Positions 1-14,050 of a stretch of 64,000 bases of DNA are shown one piece after another. Source of the stretch: Octopus sinensis (taxonomy: Eukaryota); NCBI RefSeq assembly GCF_006345805.1, contig NC_043012.1, forward strand, positions 35,340,001 through 35,404,000. The letters are read 5' to 3'. The notes beneath the pieces were generated by a model. It was not told the origin of the DNA and searched no databases. It saw nothing but the letters and a program-made list of their open reading frames with translations. Position numbers and translations under genes: made by a program. Within the stretch, counting starts at the first letter, position 1. Every line of letters starts with the position of its first letter.

Positions 1-2582
1 GACAGGAGTGACCAGAGGCTATTCAACAATACCGTCCACTCAGGTAATAACAACGATGTTGTAAACAGCTGTTCTTAAAAAGATAATTGGGTATGATTGA
101 CCATATTTGGAGATAGTTTCAATACAGAATAGGTGAGAGAGAGAGAGAGAGAGAGAAGCAGAGTTAAGAGAGACGTTACATTAAGAGAGACGTTGAGAGA
201 AAGACAGACACGTTAAGAGGGGAAGAAAGATTTGGTGACAGAATCGTAAAGAGAGAAAGAGAGAGAGATGAGTGACATGAGTTGAGAGAGAGAGGTAGAA
301 GAAGAGTTTGTGAGACTGTCTCGTAAAGAGAGGAAGGGAGAGAGAGAGAGCTGTGTGAAAGAAAGTGAGGGAAAGGTTGACAGTGTTGGAAAGGGGGGGA
401 GAGTAAACAATGTGAGTATATGGTCGGTGAGAGAAGGGGAGGAAGGGGAGATTGATGTGATGTGTGCGAGACAGCAAGAGGCAGTTGAGAGAATGTGTGT
501 GTGTGTGTGCTCAGAGGTGGCCAACTGACGGTGCCAACTCGCCAAAAGAGAGAGAGAGAGATGGAGACGAGGGGTGGATATGGGGGGTAGAGTGCAAGAG
601 GGAAAGATGGAGGTACACGGGTCAGAGTGGTATGGGAGATGGCGATAGAGAGAGAAAATTAGGGTGAAAGATGGAGAAATGATAATATAGGACGGTAGCG
701 AGAAGGGAGTAGGAGGAGCGATTGAGTAAGCGATGGAGAGAGAGAGAGAGAGAAAAAGAGAGAAATGTGTGTGTTGATGACGACAACAGCCAGTGTGACA
801 AGAAGCAATCTATTGGTCGTTTGTATCCTAGCAACGCCTTAGAACTGTATCCTACGTCAACAGGTTCTCGCCTCACCCCCAGCGACACCCACTATGTCGA
901 CAATATGGTGAGAACGGCCTTAGTAAGCAACACGAAATATTGCAGCCTGCTGCACATTTCAGGGTTATAGATATGTTTAAAACAGATGCGCTGGTTCGTG
1001 TTCAAAGCCAGCTTGTAACAGTAACCCTGCCTGTCGTACCCGCCACCCTTACAGCAGATAGAACCAAAGCTAAACTACTGTATATGAGCAGAAATACTTG
1101 ACGCACGGGTTACGTGTTGGCGGGTGTTTAGAAATGTGAACTGTTCGATTAGAAAAGAAAGATATATAGGTGTGTGTGTGTGGTGTGTGTGTGTGTGAGA
1201 TTAATATTTTTAGTAATGATGTAAAAGTGAAATAAATTCAAAGTAGGACAATAATAACGACAATAAATAAAAAAAAAACTGAGCTTGTTACTAATATTAT
1301 TTATAAGAGGAGAAAGTTTTTGCACGCCATGTTGAAGTAGACATGTTACGCCACCATCAGTCGAAGTTACACAATATGGTGAACTTTTGCACATGTTGAA
1401 CACGGTCAAAAGTGAGTGTTTTCGTGTCAGAAGAAGTGAACATACTGGAAAGAAGAAATTCTGTGAGGTTTCTACAGGTGGGAGACTTGGGAACGGGAAG
1501 TTCTTCAAACCACCGAGGCATCACGTTTCTCCCTCCCTCTTTCTTTCTCACTCTCTCTCTCTCTCTGACACACGGGTAAAAAGAGAAGGAAAGAATAAGA
1601 GAGAGAGAGAGGAATTTTTAATGTCATTCTAAGTGGCAGAATTAACCTTATTTCTTCTTCCTTTCCTTCTTCCGTGGTCGGCAAAAATAAAACACTCATC
1701 GATAACCGTGATTGATTCCAAATATGGCCTCGTGCCAATCTTAAAAACATTATTCCGGTAACATATGTGGAGGAAAATACTTTTTATTTTTTTATTATTT
1801 CTTCCTCTCTTTCGAAACTTTCCATTTATGTAGACACAATAACTGCTGACTTCAGGCATCAAACATACTTTGTCAGCAGTTTATGAAGAAACAAAATTCA
1901 AAAAGTGTTCAGTAATTTTTTTTTTTTAACGGAAATATATTTTTGCTGAATTTGGAAATACAAGAACACTTGTTTGAAAAAATTACTCTTGGAGAGTTTA
2001 AAAGTTTTTGGTAATTGTTATATATTTACGAAACGGCCAAATTCCTGTATTTGCTTCGTTTATTTTCTAAATCTTCATTTTTTTTCTTGTTAAGTTTCTT
2101 ATTTAATAAACCAAATCTTCGAGCAGAAAATTTTTTATAATTTCATTTTTTCTTTTTCTTATTCTTATTTTTTTTTTTTTTTGCGGTCTATGGAACGGTG
2201 AGGAATTGTTTTAGCGAAGGCGATAACGACAGGAATTGGCTTCAATAATAAATGAAACAAAACATATATAGGAATGGCATTAATACTACAACTATTAATA
2301 AGTAAATTTAAAGAATAAAAAAAAAAAAAACTGAAGCGAAATTCGAAATGACGAACGGACAACGCAAGAACTTTGGTATAGAATTTTAGCAGAGTTGACA
2401 TGACAAGCGAAAGCTGTGGTTCTTTCGGATGTGACAGCAAGTAGGTTATATATAGGAGGGGGGGAGTAGTTTTTGGCAGTACTTTGAAAAATGACCGAAG
2501 GTCTTGGAATGTTAAAGTCAGAATGAAGACATTGTTGCGAAGACAGAGAAAACGTATGTATATATATATATGTGTGTGTGTG

Positions 2583-2626
<44 letters not shown>

Positions 2627-2944
2627 TGATAGAGAGAAGAATTTGGTAGTCTGTGATAGCAGTTAAAAAGATTGTTAACACGTTTTGTGTCTTAAATGTG
2701 TTTGGTTTGGTCGATAAAAGTCGGCAGAGGAACACATTCGAATACATATGTAAAATTGACAGTTTTAGGATGACTTGAAAGGAGAAAGGGCAGCAGAGAA
2801 GAAAAAAAGGGGGAACAAGGGATATAACAGAACCCCTACATGAGAAGAAGAGGAAGAAGGAAAAAGAGAGGAGGAAAAAGTAAGAAGAACGAGTGAAGTT
2901 ATTAAAACATATGTTGAAAGAGAATAAATTTACCAGGTGGTATA

Positions 2945-3060
2945 TCCCGGCGTCAGCTGAAGCAATCCTAATCAGCCAGCTTCTTGCCTCTCCACTGCTG
3001 GTCACACTAAACCAGGGGGGCGGGAACAACAAGAAGCCATGCTCCAACCACGTGACCCGC
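2945..3060. promoter_or_regulatory. Candidate promoter-like motif cluster
   Basis: CpG-containing unique island between purine and pyrimidine tracts: CGTCA half-CRE (2951-2955), CCAAT-like CTAATCAG (2968-2975), GC box GGGGGCGGG (~3016-3024) and E-box CACGTGAC (3049-3056). It is followed by a ~650 bp CT tract. No linked gene was identified. Confidence 0.35.
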
Positions 3061-3074
3061 CGAAAAACTCTTTA

Positions 3075-3737
3075 CTGCGCACTTGTCTTAGATTCCTTAA
3101 CTCTTACTCTTTCTTCTCTCTCTCGTTTTCTGACTCTCCCCTTCTCTCTTTCTCTTCTGCCTCTCACTTACCTTTTCTCTCTCTCTCTCTCTCTCCTCCC
3201 CTTAAACTTTCTTCCTTTCTCTCATCTCCTCTCACACTTCTATCTATCTCTTCCACTCTTTCTCTCACTCTTACTTTATCTTTTTCCCTTCCATTCTTAT
3301 TCGCTCTCTTTCTCCTCCCCTTATTCTTTCTTCCTTTCTCTCATCTCCTCTCACACTTCTGTCTTTCTCTTCCATTCTTTCTCTCTCATTCTGTCTCTCT
3401 CATTCTGTCTCTCTTTTACTCACTCTTACTTTATCTTTTCCCCCTCCCTTCTTATTCTCTCTCTCTCTCTCTCTCTCACCCTCTGTCACCATTTCACACA
3501 CACACATACACACTTCTATCTCTCTCTCTCTCTCTCCAATTCATTCTCCTTTACTCTATCTTCCTCTCTTCTTTCTCTGACTTTGTTTTCTTTTTCTCTG
3601 TCTTTCACACGTTTCTTCTCTCTCACTTTCTGTCTCTCTACCATTCTCCCCCTCTCTCTCTACCATTCTGTCCCCCTCTCTCTCTACCATTCCCCCTCTC
3701 TCTCTACCATTCTCCTCTCTCTCTCTCTCTCTCTCTC
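3075..3737. repeat. Polypyrimidine (CT-rich) low-complexity tract
   Basis: Degenerate (CT)n/(TCTC)n sequence; it accounts for the spurious 440 aa and 242 aa ORFs. Confidence 0.9.
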
Positions 3738-4389
3738 AGAACAAACAGTCAAACCACCAAATCTTAAACTTGATTACGACAAAGACAGAGAGAGAGAAAG
3801 GGGTGTTGGCGAATATGACGATGGCAGCAGGCTCGTTCGTGCACCACCACCATCACCACCACCTCTTATATTACTGATAATAGCAGTAGTAGTAGTAGCA
3901 GTGGTTGTTATTACCATTAGTAGTATTACTATGGGTAGCCGTAGCACTATTACCAGCAGCGGCGGCGGCGGCGGCAGCACCGTCGCCACCACCGACAGCA
4001 GCAACAGCAACACCAACACGGCAGCAGTGATTGCTGTTACGAGCATTTTTCAAACACTTTTCCTCCGTGGAGTGCAGGACAAACGACTTACCCACCCGTC
4101 TACCGACCATAACAACAACAACAACAACAACAACAACACCTACCTGACCCTAACTTCACGCACACGTGTGTGTGTATGTGTATATGTATGTGTGTGTGTG
4201 TGTGTGTGTGTGTGACACTTGACTTCCCGTTGGAACCGAAAGCAAACCTTCAGCCGACCACATCAAAACAATATTGTTATATATATATATATATATCTTC
4301 TATTATTCTTTTGTTTCAGCCCATAGGCTGTGGCCAAGCTGGAACACCGTACACCAAAATAAACAAAATTCTTCATTCACTGATTTCTC

Positions 4390-4420
<31 letters not shown>

Positions 4421-4587
4421 CACACAATGTATGCGTATAAGTATGTATATACATGTGTGAATACACACACACATATAAATATATATACATGCACGTATAC
4501 ATACACCCATGCTCCAGCATGGCCGCAGTCAAATGACTGAAACAAGTAAAAGAAAGAAAAGAAAGAATACACACTCATGTGTGTGCG

Positions 4588-4795
4588 TCTTTGTGATTGT
4601 CCCCCACCACCGCTTGGCAACCGATGCTGGTTTGTTGACGTCCCCGTAGCCTGGCGGTTCGGCAGAAAGCAAGCGATACGATAAGAAAGCCTCGAGGGCT
4701 CACTCAATAGTTAGGTGTTTAAAAGTCGGCGAAACCCTTCAAGGCAGTGCTCCAACATGGCCACACACCAAACGACTGAACAAGTAAAAGATAAA
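4588..4795 (+). mobile_element. SINE-B 3' half (degenerate)
   Basis: Matches the SINE-B tail seen elsewhere in the window (caaccgatgctgg...gcggttcggca...gtgctccaacatggcc...actgaacaagtaaaag). Another tail end lies at 4511-4568. Confidence 0.8.
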
Positions 4796-5162
4796 CACAC
4801 GCACATACACACACACACACACACGCGCACATATACACGGAGCCACGCAAAGTTTTATTAGCTGAGATCAACAAAAATTGTCATAAGGGCCTTAGTGTTT
4901 TGTACCGAAGCACTCGTCAAGTGGTTCGGCACCAAATTCTAGGCCCTTGAGTCACTCTTGTAGCAATCGCAGCTAATGAAAGATATACGCGCGCACCTCG
5001 TCTGTGTGTGTGTATGTGCTGTGTAATTATGTGTATGTTCCAATCATAGTGTGTGTGTGTGTGTGTGGTGTGTGTGTCAGTATGCGTATGTATGTGGATG
5101 CGTGTGTGTGTGTGTGTAAATGTATCTCCATAGACCGCTCTTCCCCACTCGTCCAGCCCGTA

Positions 5163-5203
<41 letters not shown>

Positions 5204-5247
5204 CACACACACATACACGTACTTTTTCGCTCCTCCCTTCATTTGGT

Positions 5248-5285
<38 letters not shown>

Positions 5286-5811
5286 CTCTCCCTCTCTCCT
5301 CTTTGTCCCTCTCTATCACTTTTCCTTCCCTCCAATCTTTAGTTGTGACACTTTCATAAAAACTAATTGAAACTTTGAATCCTAAGCACACACACACTCA
5401 CTCATACACTCACACACACGCGCAAACACACACACGCAGGCAAGTACCCGTACAAAAATACACACACACACATGCACACACTCACTCATACACTCACATC
5501 TCAGCTTTAAAAATCTTAGTTGTGTTATTAAAATAGTTTGAAAGTCTTTTAGTTCTACAACACACACACACACATACACACACACATACACACACACACA
5601 CACACATACACACATACACACACACATACACACATACACATATATACGTGCAGCAACACATGTGCACGTATCGTCTGTCCCGTTCGAGTGTGTGTGTGTG
5701 TGTGTGGTTTCACAAATGGTTAATATTTCAAATTATTAAACTATATACTCCCCAAACTGTCTGCTGTGCAATATTTTTTACACACAAAGTGAATAAGGAC
5801 ACGCTCGCCCG

Positions 5812-5868
<57 letters not shown>

Positions 5869-6154
5869 GAACATATATACGAGTATAGAAATATATCTAT
5901 GCATATATATATGTATATGTGAACATATATCTCTATATATATTTATATCTATCTATCTATATATATATATATAATACATATTATATATATATGCATACAT
6001 ATATATATATAGACATATACATATATATACTTATATGCATGTATACGCATATATGTATATGGACACACACATATATGTATTTATGTATACTTGTATATAT
6101 ATGTGTGTGTGTGTATCTATCTATGTATATATATATGTATGTATATATATGTAC

Positions 6155-6197
<43 letters not shown>

Positions 6198-7027
6198 TAT
6201 ATATATTTATATATATGTATGTATGTATATATGCATACATATATATAGCTAGTTCTCACCAGTTTTTCGTGTCTTGTCAGCGGAAATATTGTTAGTTTTT
6301 ATGGGTTTTCTAGTTTTTATTTTTAAATTTTTCATTCCACCCTTCTCCTCCCTCCCCCAGTCCTCTGAGAGATAGGGGTTGAGTGGGGGGGATGGAGAGG
6401 GTGAAAGGTAGACGGTGGGATGAAGGGTGAGGGGGGGGGTACTGTTTCCTTTTGTATTTTTGTTGTTGTTTTAGTGAAAGTTCTACCACCACACCTCAGA
6501 AAGAGAGAGAGAGAGTGTGGTGATGCTAATTGTGGTGGTGGTGGTGGTGGTGGCGGTTAGGGGGTGGTAGGTGGGGTCGAAGGAACCTTCGCCAAAGTGT
6601 AACAACAATAACGACCACAATAACAACACCAAGATTGGAAGAAAGCAAACTTTTATCTTAAAATTTTAGACATTAAAATCATTAAAAGAAAAAAATGTTT
6701 AGTGACAGAATGCCACCCCGCACCGTTTTCTCTCTTCCTTCGTTTTCTATAAAGAACACTTGTACGCATACTCACACACACACACACACACAAGTTATGT
6801 GTATGTGTGTATATGCATGTATTGAAATGTCTGTCTCTGTATCTCTCTCTCTTCTCTCTCTCTCTCATTCTCCCTTTCTCTCTCTCTCTATATATATATG
6901 AACATATATACGAGTATAGAAATATATATATGCACATATATATGTATATATGTTGTACATATATATCTCTATATATATCTATATATACATTTATATAATA
7001 TATATATTATAATATATCTATATATAG

Positions 7028-7099
<72 letters not shown>

Positions 7100-7280
7100 T
7101 CATATATAATATATATATAATATATATATATATTATATGCATATATGATATATATATAGAGACATATACATATATATACTTATATGCATGTATACGCATA
7201 TATGTATATGTACACAATCACACACAAACACACACACATACACATTGTAATAATAATGATAATTCTTTCTACCATAAGCA

Positions 7281-7460
7281 CAAGGCTAGAAATTTTAAAG
7301 GTTGGGGGGAGGGGACTTGTCGATTACATCAACCCCAGTGTTTCACTGGTACCCAAGGATGAAAGGCAAAGCTGACCTCGGCGGAATTTGAACTCAGAAC
7401 GTAAAGACGGGCGAAATGTCGCTAAGCATTTCATCCAGCGTGCTCACGATTCTACACGCT
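7281..7460 (-). mobile_element. SINE-A copy (degenerate)
   Basis: Reverse complement of the SINE-A core (gttctgagttcaaattccgccgaggtc...gcctttcatcc). Confidence 0.85.
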
Positions 7461-7489
7461 CTAAAAAAAATAAAACTAAAAATAAATAA

Positions 7490-7693
7490 TAATAATGATG
7501 ATAATGATGATGATGATGATGATGATGATGAATAATGATATTAATAATAATAACAATAATAATAATAATAATAATAATGATAATAATAATAATAATAATA
7601 AAATAATAATAATAATAATAATAATGATATTAATAATAATAATAATAATAATGATATTATATAATAATAATAATAATTATGATGATGATAATG

Positions 7694-7735
<42 letters not shown>

Positions 7736-7760
7736 TAATATGATGATGATGATGATGATG
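7490..7760. repeat. (AAT)n/(GAT)n microsatellite
   Basis: Directly visible trinucleotide runs. Confidence 0.95.
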
Positions 7761-8391
7761 TGATGATGACTACAACAACAATTATTGTTTCTTTATTAGC
7801 CAGCAATTAAGACTGTAAAATCTGTTTTAATTGCTATTATATAACTGCGAGTGCATACGTATATAAATATTCACGCACGCATGTATACATAATATATACG
7901 CACATACACACGGCGATGTATGCATATACATATATAGATGTGTGTGTGTGTGTGTGAGTGTGTATATAATGCACGCACACTCACACACGATCCTGCGTGT
8001 ATAAGAAAGACGGTTTTCTCGATTCATCAGGTGCCACAGGGGGAAACTGTTTCTCTTCCTTGTCTCTGGAATAATGGCACCTATAACCAGAATCAGCAGC
8101 AGTAGCAGCAGCAGCAACCGACCTAAAGAACTTACAACTCAGGTGAATGAACTCACCGATGCCTGTTACCGACACCTCTCTCTGTGTGATGTGTGGTGTG
8201 TGTGTGTGTGTGTGAACGGTGAAGAAGTATACATGGCAAGCGTGAGGTTCAAGGTTCGATATCATTGTCGGGCACGTGTCCTCTACCAGGAGAGCCTCAA
8301 GTCAAACCAAACTTGTGATGGGAAATTGAGTTGAAGAACCAAAACTGTGCCACGGTGATTCCACCTGTACGTGCGCGCACACATACCTTTA

Positions 8392-8532
<141 letters not shown>

Positions 8533-8784
8533 TATCTGTCTGTCTGTCTGTCTGTCCGAAGGGTAAAATCTGTTATGGTTGTTTGCTCCGCCGGTTCCAC
8601 TTGGCTGGGAGCAGCAGGCGACACTCTTCTACCAGGTGGCTATGACTATAGAAACTCTTCGGTGGTAGTCACTATAAGACTGGCCATGAAATTGCAGGTG
8701 TCCCCTTTTTGCAAGGTCAATTTCGGCGCCTTTACCGATGTAATTCTTTAAAATAGTCCACTAGAAAACATTTGTATATACGAG

Positions 8785-8819
<35 letters not shown>

Positions 8820-8919
8820 TGCTCATATTTCAGGAGTAAAGTACACGAGATATATACTGCTGGAACAACAGAGTAGTTTAAATGCAGCACGAACGTTTAA
8901 AATATTTTCATTGATATAA

Positions 8920-8955
<36 letters not shown>

Positions 8956-9381
8956 AGGAGAGAAAGAGAGAGAGAGAGAGGCTGGGAAGAGGCAGAGGGT
9001 GAGAGGAAGAGGAGAGAGAGAGCGTATGCGCGAATATCTGTGTCTACATCACTGACAGTGATCTCAATACATTTCTGTTATAAACACCCACTCAACTTTT
9101 TAAGTCGAGTAGATGCTTGGCGGATGAGAGACAGTGTACTCTACCATATGTGTTGAGTACTTTCTTTTTATTATTTGTGCTTTTATATATAGATACACAC
9201 ACGTACACACACACACATTTACACTCAAACATGCACATAGACAGATATGTAGAGAGATATAAATAAATAGATATACTAGCCTAGTACCCGTCGCAAAATT
9301 TGAGACGTAAACCACTTGTAGATGAGCATCTCTAAGGATTTCCCCCATTTTATGCTGATTAAATTTTATCATATATTAAAG

Positions 9382-9795
9382 GGCAAGCTGGCCGGATCGT
9401 CAGCACGTCGAGTAAAATATGCTCAGTGGCATTTCTTCCGTCTTTATGTTGTAAGTTCAAACGCCGCCGAGGTCGATTTTGCCTTTCATCCTTCGGGGTC
9501 GATAAAAGAGGCATCAGTCATGTACTTGGGTCGATGTTACCAACTTATCCCTTCCCCCGAACTTGCTGGCCTTGTGCCAAAATTTGAAATCAAATTCTAT
9601 TACGGTAAGCTGACAGAAGCGTTAGCATGCCGGGTAAAATGTTTCTTTCCAGCTCTTCACGTTCTGAGTTCAAATTCCGCCGAGGTCGATTTTGCTTTTC
9701 ATCTTCGCGGATCAACAAAACAAAGAATTGTAACCAGCTAAACTCCTCCCCTCCTCTCATTAGAGCTGACCATTCACCCAAAATTGAAACCCTAA
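9382..9795 (+). mobile_element. Two tandem degenerate SINE-A copies
   Basis: Head gagctggcag-like, B-box-like gagttcaaattcc and core gcctttcatccttcggggtcgataa occur at ~9382-9595 and again at ~9608-9795. Confidence 0.85.
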
Positions 9796-10800
9796 TTTTT
9801 CCCTTTGTTTTTTTTTTAAGATCGCAAAGACATTACATGGTTGGCTCCTTCTAGCACAGAGTGCCCCATGATGAGTCTCCAAGTTGCCAGGATCTTAAGA
9901 CAATTCTGGTGGTGGTCAAATTTAAAATAGAGACCAGGCACTTTTCTCTTCGGCCGAGTCCTTATCGACCGTCTCACTTGTCCCTAGGGGGGGAAGGTGA
10001 AGGTGGAGAGAGGAACAGAGAAAGAGGAAGACAGTAGCGGAGATGATGAAGAGGAAGATGGAGATGCAAGGAAGGGGAGAGGGCGGAGAAGATGATAGTG
10101 AAGTGGGAGGGGTGAAGAAGAATGGATGGGGATGGGGAGGTGTTTTCCCTAACAAATATGTCGAAGGTCTTTTGTTGCGGTTGTTATTTAACTCCACGCT
10201 GGTCAGTCGTGTTTAGCGGCCGCGGGTTCAAACCTGCATACGGCTGATCTTCCTGACGTTCCTTCAGTTCGTGCACCAAAATGCAATGTGTCAGGAGTGG
10301 TAGACATAGCCAGATGTTGCTGTTGTTGTTTAACCCTTATAGTTAAAAACATTCCAACTCTGACCATCTCGTCTTTTTCTTGTGTGCAAGGAACCAAGGA
10401 CCCCATTATCGCAAGTATTCCCTTTATTTCTAAGACGGTAGGGCATGGTTTGCGTGGGGTTTGGTTGCTGTTTGGCATCGTAACGAGCAACCACGTAAAG
10501 TTTCCCTCGTTGTCGCCCGAATGCTTGGGTTTAATCCCACAATGCATTTGTGGATCGGGAAATGACAGCTGGGAGAGGACATTTAATGTTAGTAGTGAAA
10601 ATAATCTTGGGTTTGTAGGGTTTCTTAATAGGCCCCGGGGGGAAGGTTGGAGAAGTCCTCTGCTCAAGAGGTGCAATCACATTTTCGTATACTTCACATA
10701 CCATATAACCACTTTCTCATAAGTTCGATTTTTTTGTGTAAACAACCACACTCTTTCTCACCAGTCTTTGTTACTCTTATACTGAAACATTCAACAATGC

Positions 10801-10875
<75 letters not shown>

Positions 10876-11099
10876 AGTAAATGCTTCTTGCTGCAACTTG
10901 TAGTCCTAGTTCATGTGTTTAGAACGGTTGTTTTCCATGTGCTCAAAGCCTAACAATTGGAGACACAAGGCACATTAGAAAAGCCTGTCCAGTCACGTGT
11001 CATAATGGCAAGAAACTGTCGGTTATTCTTATATTAATACAGTGTACATTAACTGATATTTATCCCTCACTGGGTGGATTTAAAAAAAAATATTACCTG

Positions 11100-11286
11100 A
11101 ACGTAACAGTAAGCTATAAACATATATATATATATAAATATATATATATACTCACACATATATTTATACATACATACATATATACATACATAGATATATA
11201 TATATACATACACATATATATCTATATATATATCTATATATATCTATATAGTATATATATATATATATATATATATTATATCATAG

Positions 11287-11317
<31 letters not shown>

Positions 11318-11374
11318 GTCTATATATATATCTATATATATCTATATCTCTATATATATATATATATATATAGA

Positions 11375-11464
<90 letters not shown>

Positions 11465-11466
11465 AT

Positions 11467-11517
<51 letters not shown>
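11100..11517. repeat. Long (TA)n microsatellite
   Basis: Directly visible. Confidence 0.95.
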
Positions 11518-11750
11518 CGATAAGCTTTATGAAAATAGACAAAAGACGAAGGCAGGTTTACGGAAATAAACAAAGACAAGGCAGTGGAATACAAACAAAC
11601 AATTGTATTAGTATGGCGCTCAGGATTTAAATGAACAGTCTTTAACGTTTCGAGCCTACGCTCTTCAACAGAAAGATACACAGAGAAAAAAAACACAGAA
11701 AGAAGGAGAGAAAAAAATATGCGTACAAAAGCTAGCGAATCAACATGGCG
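11518..11750 (-). mobile_element. (TA)n-embedded small element with hammerhead-like motif (putative Penelope-derived)
   Basis: Flanked by (TA)n on both sides. Homologous to the element at ~27985-28235 (shared GAAGAGCGTAGGCTCGAAACGTTAAA and downstream gagcg..atactaataca..tgtttg). Confidence 0.65.
11639..11676 (-). ncRNA. Minimal type-I hammerhead-like motif (variant core)
   Basis: Minus strand reads TCTTT-CTGTTGAA-GAGC-GTAG-GCTC-GAAAC-GTT-AAAGA: 5 bp stem I, 4 bp stem II, GAAA, palindromic ACGT stem III. The core is CUGUUGA rather than CUGANGA. Confidence 0.5.
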
Positions 11751-11764
11751 ATATATATATATAT

Positions 11765-11806
<42 letters not shown>

Positions 11807-12523
11807 GGCGACTCCGGCACTCGGGTTGTCCGAGTATAAATTTAGTAAAGTGAACGTGTATTTGTGAGCTGATTTAATTTCTGCCAGCACTGACTTCAAT
11901 TATGTAATTGCAGCCAATAACTTGGGATCCTTTTATCGAGCCAGGTCGCAGTTCATTTATTTTCGTTTAGTGTCTGACGGTTGTCTTAGAGGTGCCCTAT
12001 GTCAAAAAATATCATTCGTAGCAGACGTTCTCTCGACATCGTTCACTCGTGCCTGACTCGGGCTCAGAAGTTACAGCCTCAGTTGTTACCTATAATCATA
12101 AAATTTAGAAGTAATTCAAATTCAATGTTTTTCTTGAAACAATAAATTTCTATAGAGGTTAGGATTTAAATATCAATCTATGGAAAGTTTCCGTTCTACA
12201 ATATTCTCTAAGGAACGAAAAATTATCCTGCAACTCGGGCGAAAACGAACGAGCCAGAATCGCAGACAGTCAGATCGCTGAGGTTTGCTGTGCACTCCGC
12301 TCTCGTTATTTGATTGCTGTTATTCTGGGCATCTGTGTGTAAAGATCAGTTGGGGTTTGCAGGGTTGCTTTATTTTTACCATTAACTTAGAAATGGAGAA
12401 AGAGATAGAACTAGATATAAAAAAAAAGAAGCCATATGGGGCAAGAAATGAAGTGGAAGAAAGTGAAATTCTTCGAACAGGCATCTGTCTTATGCGATTG
12501 CTGATGACCTGGAGTCACCTCTG

Positions 12524-12578
<55 letters not shown>

Positions 12579-12908
12579 ATATTATTATATATATATATAT
12601 ATATTATATATATATATATATACATACATACATACATACATACATACACATGCAGATATGTATGTGTACGTTTGTATGTGTATATAACGCATAACACACA
12701 CACATGTATGTTATATCATGGTCTTAGCTTAGTTTTTCCTTGGGGCTGGCCAGATTGGAGCAATCTCAAGATTAATCAGCCGAAATTGCGAGGATGATCC
12801 GGTTCTTGACTGAGGATAAAAGGCTTCGAATGAACCGTCCTTGTTTTTTTTTTTTGTATCGTCTATCTGGATGTTTTGTTGTCCCTTTGTATCACCTAGT
12901 TGTCACGG

Positions 12909-12953
<45 letters not shown>

Positions 12954-13230
12954 TATATGATATATATTATATATATATTATTCTTGATTTTTGTCTTCCC
13001 GTTATTCTTTATTCATTTGATCTCCAGTCATTCCCCTTCGTGATTCTCACTCATTAATGCTTCGTGTTTCAATCAGGCTTTCTCCTCCGTTTCTTCATCA
13101 GTACACACATTTTTTCTTTCATTTATTTTCTCTCAATGAAAATCTTGCTCACTTTCCTCCATTTCGCAACATCTTACAAACACACTCACGCAAACACACA
13201 CACACACTTTCCGATAATATACACGGATTA

Positions 13231-13292
<62 letters not shown>

Positions 13293-13458
13293 CTAGTTAT
13301 TTTTATTTCCCTATCTTGCTCTGTCACTCTCTCTGTCTTCCCATCTATCTATCGATCTTTCTATCTGTCTGCCTGTCTGTTTGTCAACCTGTCTACCTGT
13401 CTGAGTCTATCTATGCCTATCTATCTGTCTGTCTGTCCATTTAGCCACCTATGTACCC

Positions 13459-13525
<67 letters not shown>

Positions 13526-13566
13526 AGTCTGTCTGTCTGTCTATCTATCTCACTCCCTCTCCTCTC

Positions 13567-13617
<51 letters not shown>

Positions 13618-13836
13618 CTATTTCAGTTTCCTTTCTCGTTCTGTGGACTCTCCCAGCACATCAACCAGTTTCTTTCTCCCTGCGTGACGGAAGGAGCAGA
13701 GGAACCAACCGACAGACAAAATTTAACACGTGACTTAACGCACATACAGACACACACAAACATATACACATTCCTGTCAAAATGCGTACAGACAAATGTA
13801 TATACATATATATGTATTTGTATGTGTTTATGTGTA

Positions 13837-13869
<33 letters not shown>

Positions 13870-14050
13870 TGAGCCTATGTTTACATTGTTCCAAAGCTCT
13901 CGTGTTGTTTATATTCTATATCTGTATGCCCCGTAGCATAGCGGCTCGACAGGTAGTGACCGATAAAATGAATAACTAGACTGATATAAGTACCAGGTCG
14001 ATATGATCGACAATATATATATATATGTATGTATGTATATATATATTACA

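Noticed and set aside
1330-1510. Cadherin-like TSTDGG (minus) and zinc-finger-linker-like HTGKK (plus)
   Set aside because: Isolated short words without the surrounding conserved residues.
2893-4215. 440 aa ORF, the longest in the track
   Set aside because: Mostly a translation of (CT)n and trinucleotide repeats that lack stop codons; no recognisable domain.
8020-8110. Ig-like VPQGETVSLPCLW peptide
   Set aside because: An in-frame stop follows within 12 codons and there is no convincing donor.
13085-13105. CTGATGAAGAAAC on the minus strand
   Set aside because: No stem II or stem I can be formed.
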